Part shown: one piece after another, positions 23,718 through 43,529 of the stretch
Layout: each line of letters begins with the position of its first letter
Position numbering within the stretch: position 1 is the first letter of the stretch
Position numbers and translations under genes: made by a program
From: Octopus vulgaris
Lineage: Eukaryota
DNA: 64,000 bases
Assembly (NCBI GenBank): GCA_951406725.2
Contig: OX597816.1
Location: 153,574,001-153,638,000, forward strand
Direction of reading: 5' to 3'
The notes under the pieces: model-generated
What the model was told of the DNA's origin: nothing
Database searches by the model: none
What the model saw: only the letters and a program-made list of their open reading frames with translations

Positions 23718-24359
23718 GTTAGTGTCTCAGTAGCTATTTTTCATTTTTCTGATCATTTTGCTTTTGAATCTATTTGCTGACGTGTTTACTTTTCTCCATT
23801 TTTAAAATTCTTGCGTAAGAATTTGAATGTATTCTTGTTAGCCTTAAAATGATTTTCTCGTGACTTCAGTTCCCTGATTCCTACTCTTTCAAGAGACTGC
23901 CTTCGCATATTCACTCTGGTTTTATATAGTCTATTGAATTCGTCCTTTTGTGTGTGGTTATTCCTTTTTCATTGGTTATTCCTTCACTATTTTTGCTTTT
24001 TTTATTACGTCTTACATGCTGTGGATTTGCTAATGTCACTGAATGTTATTCTGTTAATTTTTCTTCTTTGTTACACGTTATGTTGATTATTGTCGTTTCG
24101 TTAATCAAACAGTTCGTCACTTTTATGGCTTCTCTTGTTGGTAGTGTATTTGATTCAGTAAATTGTCGTTGGCCACTTGATTATCCAGTGGGGTTAGAAC
24201 TGGCTATATATTATTTTTCTGCAAAACATTAACAAAGGATATAAGGAAGTTAGTAAACGACCATCTCACTCAAGGCCAAACTGGTCGATCAACACAAAAT
24301 GCCAAATGAACTGACGACCAAGGAAAACGACAGCATGATAATAAGCAGAAAGAAGTTAG

Positions 24360-24830
24360 GCTGTCACAGCAAATGGTGCTCTCTCTGAAGTGACGCCAAT
24401 CCTCAGTGGAGTCCCCCCCCCCCAGGGAACAGTGCTGGGTTCACTACTGTTTGTAGTTGCTCTATTGGACATGCCCTCATCCATAGAGACAGCCACACTC
24501 ACTAATTACGCCGATGATACAAAAGTATTGCAGGCGATTAAGGATCCTACTGATATCCTAAGACTGCAGAATGACCTGAACGCAATATATGAATTGTCTG
24601 ATGAGAGTAGTGTGCAGTTCAATACCGTAAAATTTCAAGGACTCCGCAATCAGCCCACCAACAAACTACAGCTGAAGTACACAGGACCAGCAGACAATGT
24701 AATACTTGAGCAACGACGCAACTCTCCATAAGCACATTGCTCGGATGGCACTACTATGCAGGCGGGTGGCAGGTTGGATCCTTAGGTCCTTCAGGACCAG
24801 GAAGAGGGACACAATGATTCCTCAGTCATA
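24360..24830 (+). mobile_element. CR1-group LINE RT fragment
   Basis: SGVP..QGTVLGSLLF..NYADDTK..LQNDLNAIY; homologous to the element at 51389..54341. Confidence 0.85.
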
Positions 24831-25075
24831 CGGAAAGTGATGAGGACTGTATTTTCAATATGTGTCTGCCTGTATGTATATATGGATGGGTGAGTGGGTT
24901 GGTTGGCTGGCTGGCTGGTTGGTCGGTTGGTCTATGTGTATGTGTGTATGTAAGCGCGTACGTGTGTGTATTGGTAAATGTACCCAACCGCACACACACT
25001 TACACATACACGTGCAGTCAATCATTCTGTGTCTCTCTCTATCTGTGTCTGTCTCTGTGTTTGTCTGTCTCTCTA

Positions 25076-25150
<75 letters not shown>

Positions 25151-28039
25151 TACATACATGCATTCCTGCTCCCTCTGTCACTTCCAGCTTGCTTGACAGC
25201 TGTGTATCACACCTTCCTTGCCACTGACTCTTTAGCTTATCAACACGGTAACAAGCACGCACATACAACTTCTGGTATTGCTTACCACATAACTTCTCGT
25301 ATTGCTTCTCTGCTCTTCTTTCTAAAGAGATTTAGTTAATCTTTTCACGCCACAGGCTAACTTTTTTTAACTACACAGCTACTTCTCGATGAATTTTATC
25401 AGACTCTCCTCCCTGTGAATTTTACTAATTCCTTGCCATCTTTGAATACTCCATCAACATCTCCGGACTTTTTACCAGTTTCATAATTTTAAAGATTTTT
25501 CACCCCTTCGCAACAATAATACTTTTTATCTATTTTGTTTATTTTAGTTTTAATCTTTCTTCTGTGTAAAAATGTTTCTTATTCACTTGCACACGCATCT
25601 ATTACAACAATCATAATCTCCACGTTCCTCTTGCTTCACTGCCATTTTTTATACTAGTTTCTAGCCATCTTTTGGATACGCCATCCAGCCTCCTCGGTCT
25701 TATGGAGTAATTTATTTGCATTTCCTAAAAATCATGACTTTAACACGAATAACCAATTAACGTGAATGTGTTTCCATATTTCAATTTACAATTTCCATAT
25801 TTAATTTCCACGAATAAATCAAATATCCGAAAATTCCAACCGAGCAAAGAGATCAATATCAGTAGTGTCTCTTCCATTATTTTCAAACATGTTCGAGATA
25901 TAGCCAAAGAATTACATCTTGGTCTACGGAGAAATGCTACAACAGGGGTAGGGGGACTTTTTAGTGCGGCGGGCAAAAATTTCCAAAAAAACAAAGCTCC
26001 GCAGGCAGGTCACAAGTTCTAACTCTTATATCTGTGTAAATCTTGTATATATCTATGTATAATTCGATATACACTAAGTTTAACCCATTAAATTAACACA
26101 TAACATCTTCATTACGCTGCCACCGAATATAGGACGTTTATATATTACTTATGAGATATTCTATATTTTTTCAGCTAGAATGTAGTTGGGTCTCAAGGGG
26201 GTGGTACAAACCTAGTAATATGTGTTTTATAGTGAAAACAAAATTTCCATTCAAATGGCAATTGCCGGACGATTTTCTGTTTGATAGAAACGCGATAGAA
26301 ACGTCACAATGAGGCATACGATTATTGTATAAATTTTATAATTGAAAAATTGATTATATTTTGTACATACGAGTATGCCAGCCTGTAGGCGCAATAAAAT
26401 GGGCTCGCGGGGCACAATTGCGCCCACAGGAGGGGTTTCCGCACCCCTGAGCTACAGTATATCCCTGTGAAAATTAACACTTCCTTCTCCAAGCCTAGAT
26501 TCGAAACCGAATCTAAGAATTCTCGGTCGTCCAAACCACTACGATCAACAAGCACGAAAAAAGGTTTTCTTTGTCCTGTCAAAAATTGATTGATCATCTC
26601 CCTTTGACCTGCGACCTCAGCCATGTCAGGCGAAGTTCAAATGGACAGGAACTGACCTATTTAGGTACAAACTCTGCTGCAGTATGTCTGTCTTTCTAGT
26701 TGCCACGATTATTATGAATACGGTTGTGAAACAAGAAAGGGGGCAGACAAACGAGAAAGGTCTACGACACGACAGAAGGTTTTGGCAGACCGCAGAGACC
26801 GAGAGAAAATCCCTGCAGGCATCAAGAAATGAACTATGCACACACACACAAACATATTCATTCCTGATATATGATTTGCACAAATGTATTCTGTTTGTAT
26901 TTCTGGCAACTCGTAGCAGTTGTCAACATTTTGTATGTAGTGAAGAATTAAGTGTACCTATAACAAATCAAGTCCAGTGAATAAATTCTTTTTAATTATG
27001 GATCGGTTCACGCATTTGTTTACTTTAAAGACATACACATTCCATTTGCATCTGTTTTCCATGATACACACCTAACCACTACATCCCGTTCCCCAAAAAC
27101 AACTCACTAACTCTATATCTTATCCACTTTCCCCGCGGTGAGAAATACGGTCCTGGGTATTAGTTCTAGTTTCTAAATCATTCAAAGTCTCTCAAAATCA
27201 CAGAGACTATTGTACAAATGTCATTTGAAATTATTCACTAATCAACCATTCTTGAGGAACTCCAAAACACTGTTTTATCGAGAGTAATATTACACTGCCA
27301 GTTAGTGCATCAATCTTTCTCAGAAAAGATAGTCATTGACCATGTATTTATCACTTGTGGGACATGATGTTGAGACAGAGATACAGAACAGTTGTTAGTG
27401 AGTACAAATTTCAAATTAATAACAATGGATACAATATGAAGGGGCTATAAGAAGTGCCTATAACCGATTGTTCCGAAGTTCGTAGAGATCAAAAAGAAGC
27501 TTCTCCCTGAAATAAGCAAGACGTCACAGCCCCTTCAATTACATTATTCTACAAAGATCAGTATTTTCTTAGCTTTTTTAGGGAAACCTACTTATTTTTT
27601 CCGATGAAGCGAACAATTACTTCACCCTGTAGAGAAATGAGTGATAAAATCTATGAATTTCCTAAATATTATGTTTACATTCATCTTAGCTGAAACTTAC
27701 TACTCTTACCTTCCCACCATCAGAACTTGCTGATTCAACTACTCTTTCAACACAAAGATAATAGATAATTTACAAATGGTATTCTTAGAACTATTTATGT
27801 TTCTTGTTGAACGAAACATATCAGTGATTACAGGAAAAGATTTATTTTTCGCTGGTTAACATTAGGTGTGAATGTCTGAATGTATATGATTGTATGCATG
27901 TTATGTATGTATATTCATGCATTGTTTAACATACCCATATAGATAACACACAAACACACGTTATACAGCATACACACACACATGCATACACACATATCAT
28001 CATCATCATTTATCGTCCGTCTTCTATGCTTGACTGCGC

Positions 28040-28110
<71 letters not shown>

Positions 28111-28744
28111 ATCAGCAAAGCTAATAAGCGAGCTAACGGCCTAAAGTTTCGTGCAAGGCACTCATCAAAGTGTCCGATAAATACCCCCAAGTCCCTATGC
28201 CAACTATGCAGCCTATATCTAACAAAAAAAGAAATAGATACAGCTGCTACTGCTGCTGCTACTGCTGCTGCTACTGCTGCTGCTGCTGCTGCTTGTAATG
28301 ATAATGATGATAATGAAGGAGGGGGAAAGACTCTCCTGTCGAGAACAACTTATAAGCACTCAATAACAAAGGCTAAAGCAATTCGTAGAAGCTGATAAAA
28401 GCTAAACGACATAATAATTCATAAAAAAAAATTATATAAGATACAGAGAGTTGGAGGAAATTCAATGAAACTGAGAAGATTAAAAGAAAACTAATTAAGC
28501 GGTAGGCTGACAAACCGTCTTGTAAAATTAAAGACTATGTCTAGCTTGCAAGCACATGTAAACATGGATTACATCTGAAGTTCTGTACCGCAAATTCATG
28601 AGTATAATATACGGTTTCCTCTTATATATGTACACATACATTTATTCCAATACCGCTAAGCACACCGACCAAATTTACCCGCCTCGTATCTGCACTCCCA
28701 ACCCGAAAATATGATTGCATCACTTCCACCGTAACCATACAAGT

Positions 28745-29490
28745 ATCGTGCTGTCAGATAAATTCGTCCATTTTTGTTTTATTTTAATCCTTATTTTTCA
28801 TCAACAAATTCAACAAATAACAGAAAAATATATAATCTCCTTCATTGTTCGTGACTTCTTGCGAATGTTCCACTAGCTTGTCAATGCTTTGCCAACAGAA
28901 ATCATCGGGTCTTGACGCGAAGAATTTATCAAGTCACATTTTTGATTGCACGTCGTTGTTGAACGGAACGCCTTGTCGTCTGTTGGAGAGCGATAGAAAA
29001 GAATAATAAATAATCTGAAGGCGTTGCATCAGAAAAATACTTCCCAACCGAGTTCTTGAATAGTATTTTTGGTCAAATTAGTGATGTATTGCTGTGTTGA
29101 AGAAGCACGCCGTGCGACCAGTCAGGTCGTTTCAGCTGGACTGCCTCTTTCAACGGGTGCTTTTTCTGAACATAAAGCTCTGCATTGAAGTTGTGGTTGT
29201 TTTCAAGCATTTCATAGTGGATTAGCCCTTCCCAATCCCACTAGATGCAGATGATTATCTTGCGCTGATGCAGCTCTGGCTTCGCTCGAGTTGTTGCTTG
29301 CTTGTCGGGACACAGCCATTTTTCTTCCGCTTCATATTGACATCATTTTCATCGCCGATGATGAAGATGCAGTAAAGAAATCCATTTATGCCCACGAGTA
29401 GCCTGGTCTCGAGTGAGCAGACTTGCGGCGATAGAAGAACGCTGAAGTTTGTTTTTATTGTTCAGAGCGTGTGGTGCCCATCCATAGATG
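28745..29490 (-). mobile_element. Mariner transposase relic (C-terminal half)
   Basis: Minus-strand IGDE, WDWEGLIHYEML, IQELGWE, PSDY and FFASRPDDF..IDKLVE..NNEGDYI relics with frameshifts. Confidence 0.75.
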
Positions 29491-30633
29491 TGTGACAGTA
29501 TCATAAGAGCATCCCATCTGTTGGGCCAGTTCCCTAGTGAATTGGCACGGATCCCTGAGCATGAACTCGTTTAATCGATCCACAATTTTTTTATTCATAT
29601 CATATTTTGGGGCTTTGCCATGTGTCTTAGGAGTTAAAATAATATATAGTGTTTAAATTTTCTTCATATGTGAATTATTTTGGAAATTATGATAAATTTT
29701 TCGAAAAGTCCCAAATGGGAATCGCTGAAAAAAAACATTTATTTATCATTTTCTATTTAACCATAATTATTTATCCTTTTTTATTCAATTTCAATAATAA
29801 ACATTGTAGTATTTTTTTAAAACTATAGTGTCAATGCGAATGTGTATAAAATATCAGTGAATGATATTGGTGGGAAATGCATAAAAAAAGTTTTCAAAAC
29901 AGTCAATATTTTTGTAGTTCAAAACTTGCGATTTATGACAAAAAGTCTTCCAGAATTAGCCAGAGCTAATAATGCCAAACTTTAACTATTAAATATTGTT
30001 AAACATATCTCTGTAAATGCAATTACATAAGCAATTCACTTTAAATACAAGGAACAACCGGCAGTGAGACTGTTTTAGCAGATCCCCAAATGGGGCTCAT
30101 GGCAGACAATGGGTATTAGCAAACTCAAGCATCAAAAACATTTTTAAGAATGCTAACTTGATTTGCTGATTTAACAAAACTGCGTGAATTGTGAGGGAAT
30201 TCATTGCCAGTAAAATTGATTTCAGTAGTATTTGCTGGTCAAAAGCCAGAAAAGAACATTTTATTTGTTGGTTACACTTTCCGTTGTTTTGTATAAAGCA
30301 TATTTTTCTCTGAACGTTGTGGCGCACAAGGAATAAAGCATTTGCGAGAATCTGCTTTTAGTTGTATTCAGATAACGTGGGTGTAACCAGCAGGTTTATT
30401 TGTTTCCATACTCGCACAACAAAAGCTGTCTACTTTATACGTTATCATAAGGTCCATTTAGATCTTGAATCCGAATTGTTGAGCCCCTTCACACGAGCCG
30501 GAAAATAGTATTGTTCCATCTTGCAAAATTACTCTCATAGCCCCTTGCTATATCTTTATGTTTATGTGTATATGTATAATATTTCTTTTGTGTAGCTACT
30601 ATCATATCCATGCTCTCTGTCTCTGTCTGTCTG

Positions 30634-30691
<58 letters not shown>

Positions 30692-30754
30692 ACTCACTCA
30701 TTCACTCACTCTCTCTCTCTCACTCTCACTCTTTCAATTTCTCTCTTTTTTCAG

Positions 30755-30859
30755 ATATATGCGAAGGTTGATATTAAATGCTGCTTGCAATCTAGAAATC
30801 CCAGAAGCAGTGGAATATGCCACCAAGATGTTCAAAGACTGGATGGATACTGGACGACA
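30755..30859 (+). CDS. M1 aminopeptidase exon 7
   Basis: tttcag/..ca/gtaag; YMRRLILNAACNLEIPEAVEYATKMFKDWMDTGR(Q). Confidence 0.92.
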
Positions 30860-31459
30860 GTAAGATATATTTCCATTTTACATATTCTTTTATTCATCTA
30901 CCCAATTGGCTGTGGTCAAGCTGGATCCCTACAATTAATACTGCAGCAGCTTTCATTCTGAGTTTGATATCTGAGAGAGTGTGGAGACAATTCTTCAAAA
31001 TATGCCTTTTAGTATAACGTAGATTTTACTGGGGTGTTCTAACTGTCCAATGAATGTGTTGATAACTAATTCATGTACACTATCTTATACTTTACAAGAG
31101 GATACTAAATAAACATTATATATGCTACATAATATAAATGCTTGGGATTTAAGGTATGGATTATATACTTTTTGCTCTTGAACTAATTTCGCTTACCTCC
31201 TTTTCGGTATAGTATATGCAAGGCATGCTGAGAAAGTGTCATCCATAGCCTCGGATTACTAATACTTTGCGACTGAAAATTCCAACCTCCCTACACACAC
31301 ACACACACATACACACACACACGCGCGCGCACTCACGCACGCACACACACATACATACATGCACACACACATACACACACACATACACACATACACACAT
31401 ACATACATGCATACATGCATACATGCATGCATGCATTCATTCATACATACATACATACA

Positions 31460-31530
<71 letters not shown>

Positions 31531-31764
31531 TGGCATTCTGTCGGTTGCGAGGATGACAAGGCTTCGAGTTGATACGATCAACGAACAGACTGCTTGTGAA
31601 ATTAACGTACAAGTGGCTGAGCACTCCACAGACACGCGTGACACAAAATGTTCCAAGGCTGGCCCTGGAAATAAAGTTCCTTGCTCAAAAGCACAAATCA
31701 CCGCCAGTAATCGAACTCACGACCAAATGATCGTAAGCAGAATACCCTCATTACTAAGGCATGT

Positions 31765-31805
<41 letters not shown>

Positions 31806-32139
31806 TACATACATGCATGCATGCATATACATACATACAAGTATGCATGTATATGTTTGCATATATAAATATATATATAGCTTGCTTTTATCCTTCGAAA
31901 CGTAGAGTAGATGAAACCATAGCGACTGAAGAAGGGGTTTTTTCTTTGTGTTAATTGTCCTGTACTCTATTTTTTTGCTGTTTTAAAAAAAATGCCCAGT
32001 TCCTTTGGTTTGTGTCAATGTTTTCGTTTCTCATTGTGTTCGACGTCCTTTTGGTGTACTGTACTCATATATGCGTGTATATGTACATGTAGAGGTAGGT
32101 ACGTACATATATGTTTATATATATGCATATGTTTTATTT

Positions 32140-32400
<261 letters not shown>

Positions 32401-32929
32401 GTGTATACTATCTGACAAAACAAGAAAAAGCTACACCATAAACACCCTTGTGTAATTAAACTTGATACTGAAAGAATAATATATAAGCTCTAATGCGTTA
32501 AAATCCATTAACGATCACATTTGTACATTCGTAACGAAATTTGAAGTGGACGATAGAACACATCCATGGGATATAAAAATACCATGTTTCTCCTTTTAGG
32601 ACCAAAACTAGATTTTCTAGTTAAAGTGTCAATTAGGTTAATTAGCCCCTACAGCTATAGGTAGAAGGAGCAAGAAAATATTAGAAAGAGCAACTTGAAA
32701 AGGATAATACTTCAACCTAAGCGAGCTTCAAATGTGGAAACAACTAGGAAGTGTAGTGAAATCTCTCAAGATACTGCTATTTCTAATAGGAGGCTAAAGA
32801 CTTTGGGGCTCTTGAGGAATGATGATAAGGCCAATTGATTCCCATCTTTCCGAAAGAATAACCCGCGCCCTGCAGTGACTATCCCTGCAACCTCACCCGA
32901 AAATGCTGGCCTTCTGCTAAAATTTGGAA

Positions 32930-32964
<35 letters not shown>

Positions 32965-33099
32965 GTGTGCGCGTGTTTGTCGATATGTCCACTTGAAAGG
33001 CATTTCAAAATCATGTGTTGTGTACATCATTTATGATAGGTTTATGTACACACATAACATTAGCATGAAAACGTAGATAGTGATAAAATTTAATTAAAA

Positions 33100-38900
<5,801 letters not shown>

Positions 38901-39989
38901 TTTACCACCTGATCGCTGTGCCTTACCTTAGATATCTCTTGATCTGATAGAGTGTCTGTTATTTAATCTTTTGTGGAAGGGGCACGTTCCACTGGTCAGG
39001 CCATCCATCTACTGCCATCATCCTTTACATGACAGAGGAACCGTAATCCGACTGCTAGTGTGCGGACACCCTAGAGAGTAACGGGTGCTGGATCCGTTCA
39101 AGAGGTACATCTTTCTGCACCTCACCTCTTTGGTGAAGCAGCATTTCTAAGTAAATCGAAGACGGAAACTAGATGTTTAACATCCAGATTGCCGTCTGAT
39201 ACTCACTGCAACCTACTTGTCGAACAACGAAATCTTTGGATGTTGCATTCAAGCAATTTATAAAGAATTAGAGGAGGGGAAGAGCGACGACGTTCTCGAG
39301 GAAACTGTGGGCGTTAACGAAAATTAACTGGTTTGCCTTTTCCGGGGGATTTTTGCATCGGACACTACATTGGATAATTTCCAGAAGTCCTTGGCTTACA
39401 GTGCTCCTGAGGAAAGCAACTGGTTCTAGATGAATACAACAGGCACGGAAGTACCTGTAGTATTTATGCCTGAGATGCACGCATTGATGATACTGTTCGA
39501 CATGCACACGTTCATTGTCCAGGTACTACTGGCTTTTGGAGTTATGTAGAAGTGCTGTCGCATGTAGGGTGGATATGGCTATCTGCCGAGTAAATCATGA
39601 TGATTTCTCCACGTCTTTCCTTTAACCATGCAAAAAGGTATTTTTCTTCCGTCTAGTGGTTATTGCGAAAGAGGTTGTGTGGTGTATGAGGTTGAAATGA
39701 ATGAGGATAGAGGATTTCCTTTTTGGTAGAACCTTCATTAATATTTTTAAGTTTCGCATGAAAACAAAGGTGAAGATGGAGAAAAAGCTGCTGTCCTCGA
39801 ATGAATTTAGTGGAAGGTGGGTGAGATTGGCAAAATAGTAAGAATAGATGTACTGCTCTAAATCGATCTGTATTTGGAGATAGCATTTGCCTTTGGTGTT
39901 CAGAAAGATCTTGAATGATGGGTTTCCTCGATTGGCCCAAAAGCTTTGCTTGTATCAGTAAAATTGCGTCATCTTTAGTTTTATATTGT

Positions 39990-40928
39990 ACTAGCTGGCA
40001 TACCCGGCGTTGCTTGAGATTTAAATGGCATATTTTATAAACATACGGTACAGTTAAGTTGAAACATGTGATACGGGGAAGTGAAGCATTGATGACAAAA
40101 CATTTGTGGAATAAATGAAGGGCTAATTCGACTAAGTGACATGTCATGCGTCTGTCTGGAAGATTCCAGGCCATAACCTTGTCATGGAAAAGTGGATGGC
40201 GGGTATGTTCTTTTTGGCACGCACCGAAAAGCTATCAGTGGATATACGCCCCTTTGCGGATGCCGCTACCACGCTGAACAATCAGCAGACATAGGAACTA
40301 CATCTAAGTGATAAATGAAGCCTGTGGGCACGCTCAACAGCACCACATGAGAGAAATCTACATAAAAGAAATGACATGGTAAGGGAGTGGGATTAGCAAA
40401 GAAGCGCTTGAAAACAACAGTCATGCGATATTTCGGTTTAGAATCAATAGACGTAGCTCAACCGTGCACTCGTTGACGTGCACTCAGGATTGAACATATT
40501 TTAGCATATTTTTCATAATAAACATAGAGCGTTCCAAACGGTTTTTATTCCAACAAATTTTTACCTACAGAACTACGGGAACAGGCTATTATTGCTACCA
40601 ATTACACAACGCAGTTTGAAGTCTACATCAGTTCATCCATTTAATACAAACTACTTACATTAATTCAGTAGCTGTTTTTACCAGTTTGAACAGAAGCAAT
40701 GCGTGGACCATGCGGGCAGTCGTACGTACCCCAAGAAAGGGGTTTTTCTGCTCCCATGAACCCTATTACTCAATATGTTAAACGTTTTAAGAGTCTAAAA
40801 TCATCTCAAGAACATAAGTAATGTATGTTCCCAGTCTAGGGAATATCAGTTGCGAATTTCAGTTCTGCGAGTTTACACACACACACACACACACACACAG
40901 CAACATCCATAGTTTTATATATATAGAT
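39990..40928 (+). mobile_element. Helentron/DINE-1-like non-autonomous element
   Basis: 5' actagctggcatacccggcgttgct; 3' (CA)n..ttttatatatatagat; same terminal design as 21521 and 42121. Confidence 0.55.
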
Positions 40929-40967
40929 ACTATATATACCTATATTTCAAGTGTCTTTTATCTTTAA

Positions 40968-41410
40968 TCTTTTACCTATTTCAGTCATTTGACTGTGGCC
41001 ATGTTGGGGCACCACCTGAAGAATTTTGAGTCGAATGAATCGACTCAAGTACTTTTTTCATTTTAAAACCTGATATTTATTCTATCGATATCTATGCCGA
41101 ACCGCTAAGTTACGGGGACGTAAACACACCAACACCGGTTGCCAAGCGGTTGTGAGGGACAAATACAGACACAAAGACACATAAATGGGCGAGCGCACAT
41201 GCTCTCACACACACATACTCACACACGCGCGCACGCCACACACACACACACACACACAAACGATGAGCTTCTTTCAGTTTCCATCAACCAAATCCACTCA
41301 CACGGTTTTGGTCAGCCTGAGGCTATATTAGAAGACACTTGCCCAAGATATGACGTAGTGGGACTGAACCTAGAACGGTGTGTTTGGGAAGCAAACATCT
41401 TACCACACAT
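40968..41410 (-). mobile_element. SINE family B, near full length
   Basis: Matches the 4592..4955 copy and extends to gggaagcaaacatcttaccacac. Confidence 0.8.
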
Positions 41411-41513
41411 AACGCCTTTGACTTTTCTTTTTGCTTTTTTCTTTTGTAACATTTGATTTTATGTAACCCTTCACATTTCATGTCTTGTATTGTTCCTCTC
41501 ATACGGCAAGATG

Positions 41514-41700
41514 GCAAAATCGTTTGCACGCCAGGCAATATGATTAGCGGTATTTTGTCCGTCTTTATGTTCTGAGTTCAAATTCCACTAACGTCGATTT
41601 GGGCTTTCATCATTTGGGGGTCGATAAAACAAGTACCAGTCGAGTACTAGGGTCGATGTAATCGACTATCCCCTCCCTCAAATTTCAGGCCTTGTAGAAA
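41514..41700 (+). mobile_element. SINE family A
   Basis: gttctgagttcaaattcc..ggggtcgataaaacaagtaccag..aaatttcaggccttgt. Confidence 0.75.
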
Positions 41701-42120
41701 GGATTATTATTATATATACGCATAAACATAGATACACACACATACATACATACATATATATACATACAGACACATATATGTGTATTTATAGATTAAACGT
41801 ACTGGTAAATATATAGAGAATGTGAACCTTCTTCCTGAGAAGGGCCCTAAACTGTCTCTTTCGTGTGACCAGTGTGGCTGTCTTCTTCTGGGAGGCAGAA
41901 CTACGCAGCCACGAGCATGCTAACAGAAGCGCCGCCGTCTACCAATGTGATATCCAACATGGTCTCCCGTGCACTCTGTGTTCGGTCGGCCCAAGCATTG
42001 TGAGAAAAATCGGATTGATGGAAATTGATTCCTTGTCAAATAGAAAGTACATTATCTATAAACCAAAGGTTGTCGAGCTGCCACTCTCTCACATTGATTC
42101 TACTTGAAAATTATATTAAG

Positions 42121-42595
42121 ACTAGCTGGCCCCGTGCTGTCAAAAACGGCGGCTAATTGAAGTATTTCACATATAAATATGGATGGTAAATCAAATTAAT
42201 ACACTTGACAATGTTATCTAGTGGTTGCCTTTTGAGACGAGACATGGATTGTCGTTTGTTACTGAAAGAACGCTGGTTCACATACTTCCCTTGTATACGT
42301 ACACACATATACACAGAGTTGAAACACTGTTTGATTTTCCTTTTCAGCGTTGAATGTTCACGATCCAATTTCCATTGCACACACACACACATTCACATAC
42401 TTCCCTTTTACATACGCACACATATACTTACACAGAGTTGAAACGCTGTTTTGATTTTTTTTCCACCGTAGAATTTCCATCATCCTACTACCAAGTTTGC
42501 CATCACCCTCTTCCTTTCTTATTCATCTATCACCCCTTCTTTTCTCATTTATATTTAGTGACGGAGAAAAGCACAAAAGTATTATTATAGTAGAT
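42121..42595 (+). mobile_element. Helentron/DINE-1-like non-autonomous element with an internal ~120-bp tandem duplication
   Basis: 5' actagctggccccgtgctgtc; 3' gtgacggag..attattatagtagat; ttcacatacttccctt..cacagagttgaaac repeated at 42276 and 42392. Confidence 0.5.
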
Positions 42596-42689
42596 TACAC
42601 AGGCTTATGGAATACTATACCTCTTACGTGCTAACAACTGGACGCTTATATATCGTTTTCGCTAGGATAGTAAATTATTATCAATCGTG

Positions 42690-43068
42690 TTTGGCTTGTG
42701 TGGTGAAAAGTTTGCTTTCAAACCACATAACTGCCGGCTGAGCTCCACTGCGTGGCACATTGGGCAAGTGTCTTTGACTAAAGCCTCGGGCCGACCAAAA
42801 CTTGTGAGTGGATTAGGTAGAGAGAAACTGAAAGAAGCTCGTCGTGTGTGCGTGTGTGTGTGTATCTTTGTGTCTATGTTTGTCCCCACAACTGCTTTAC
42901 AACCTGTGTTGGTGAGTTTACGTCCCTGTAAATTATCAATTCTGCAAAAGAGACCAATAAAATAAGTACCAGAAAATAAGTACTGGGGTTGATTAGTTCG
43001 ACTAGAATTCCTCAAGGCGGTGCTCCAGCATGGCAGCAGTCTAATGACCGAAACAAGATTAATAAGAT
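42690..43068 (+). mobile_element. SINE family B
   Basis: Reverse orientation of the 40968 copy: gggcaagtgtctt..gaaactgaaagaagc..gctccagcatggc..ctaatgaccgaaacaag. Confidence 0.8.
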
Positions 43069-43382
43069 TTTATGAAAAAGACACACGCACATACACGCGC
43101 GCGCGCACACACACACACACATTGACGCACAAACACACAAATACACACACACATGCACAGAGGAAGACATAAAAATGACTGAGAGCGATTTCAACAGTTG
43201 CTGATTACTACAGAACCATAGCTCGATGCTTCATGCATATTGCAAGTTCCTTGCATGTAGCCGTCTTGAGATAGATCTGAAATTAACGGGCATTGTAGAA
43301 ATCAAGAAAGATATCACAGTATTAGCTGTATTCAGTACTCCTATGTTGTTCCTGATAACATTTGTAGATTAATGTGTGTGTG

Positions 43383-43449
<67 letters not shown>

Positions 43450-43496
43450 AGACAGACAGGCAGACACGATAGACAGATAGATAGAGAGAGAGGAGG

Positions 43497-43529
<33 letters not shown>

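Noticed and set aside
28242-28320. Poly-Ala/Asp ORF (27982..28395) as a coding exon
   Set aside because: A (GCT)n/(GAT)n microsatellite without supporting splice sites; exon 6 splices to exon 7 in frame without it.
31870-31936. Permuted (type II) hammerhead GAAAC..GTA..CTGAAGA
   Set aside because: No stem I pairing between the two halves; at best the 3' half of a truncated type I motif.
38940-39960. Possible piggyBac-like transposase relic on the minus strand (includes ORF 39653..40174)
   Set aside because: Only faint motif echoes, with no TTAA/TIR or catalytic motif that I can verify; needs a profile search.
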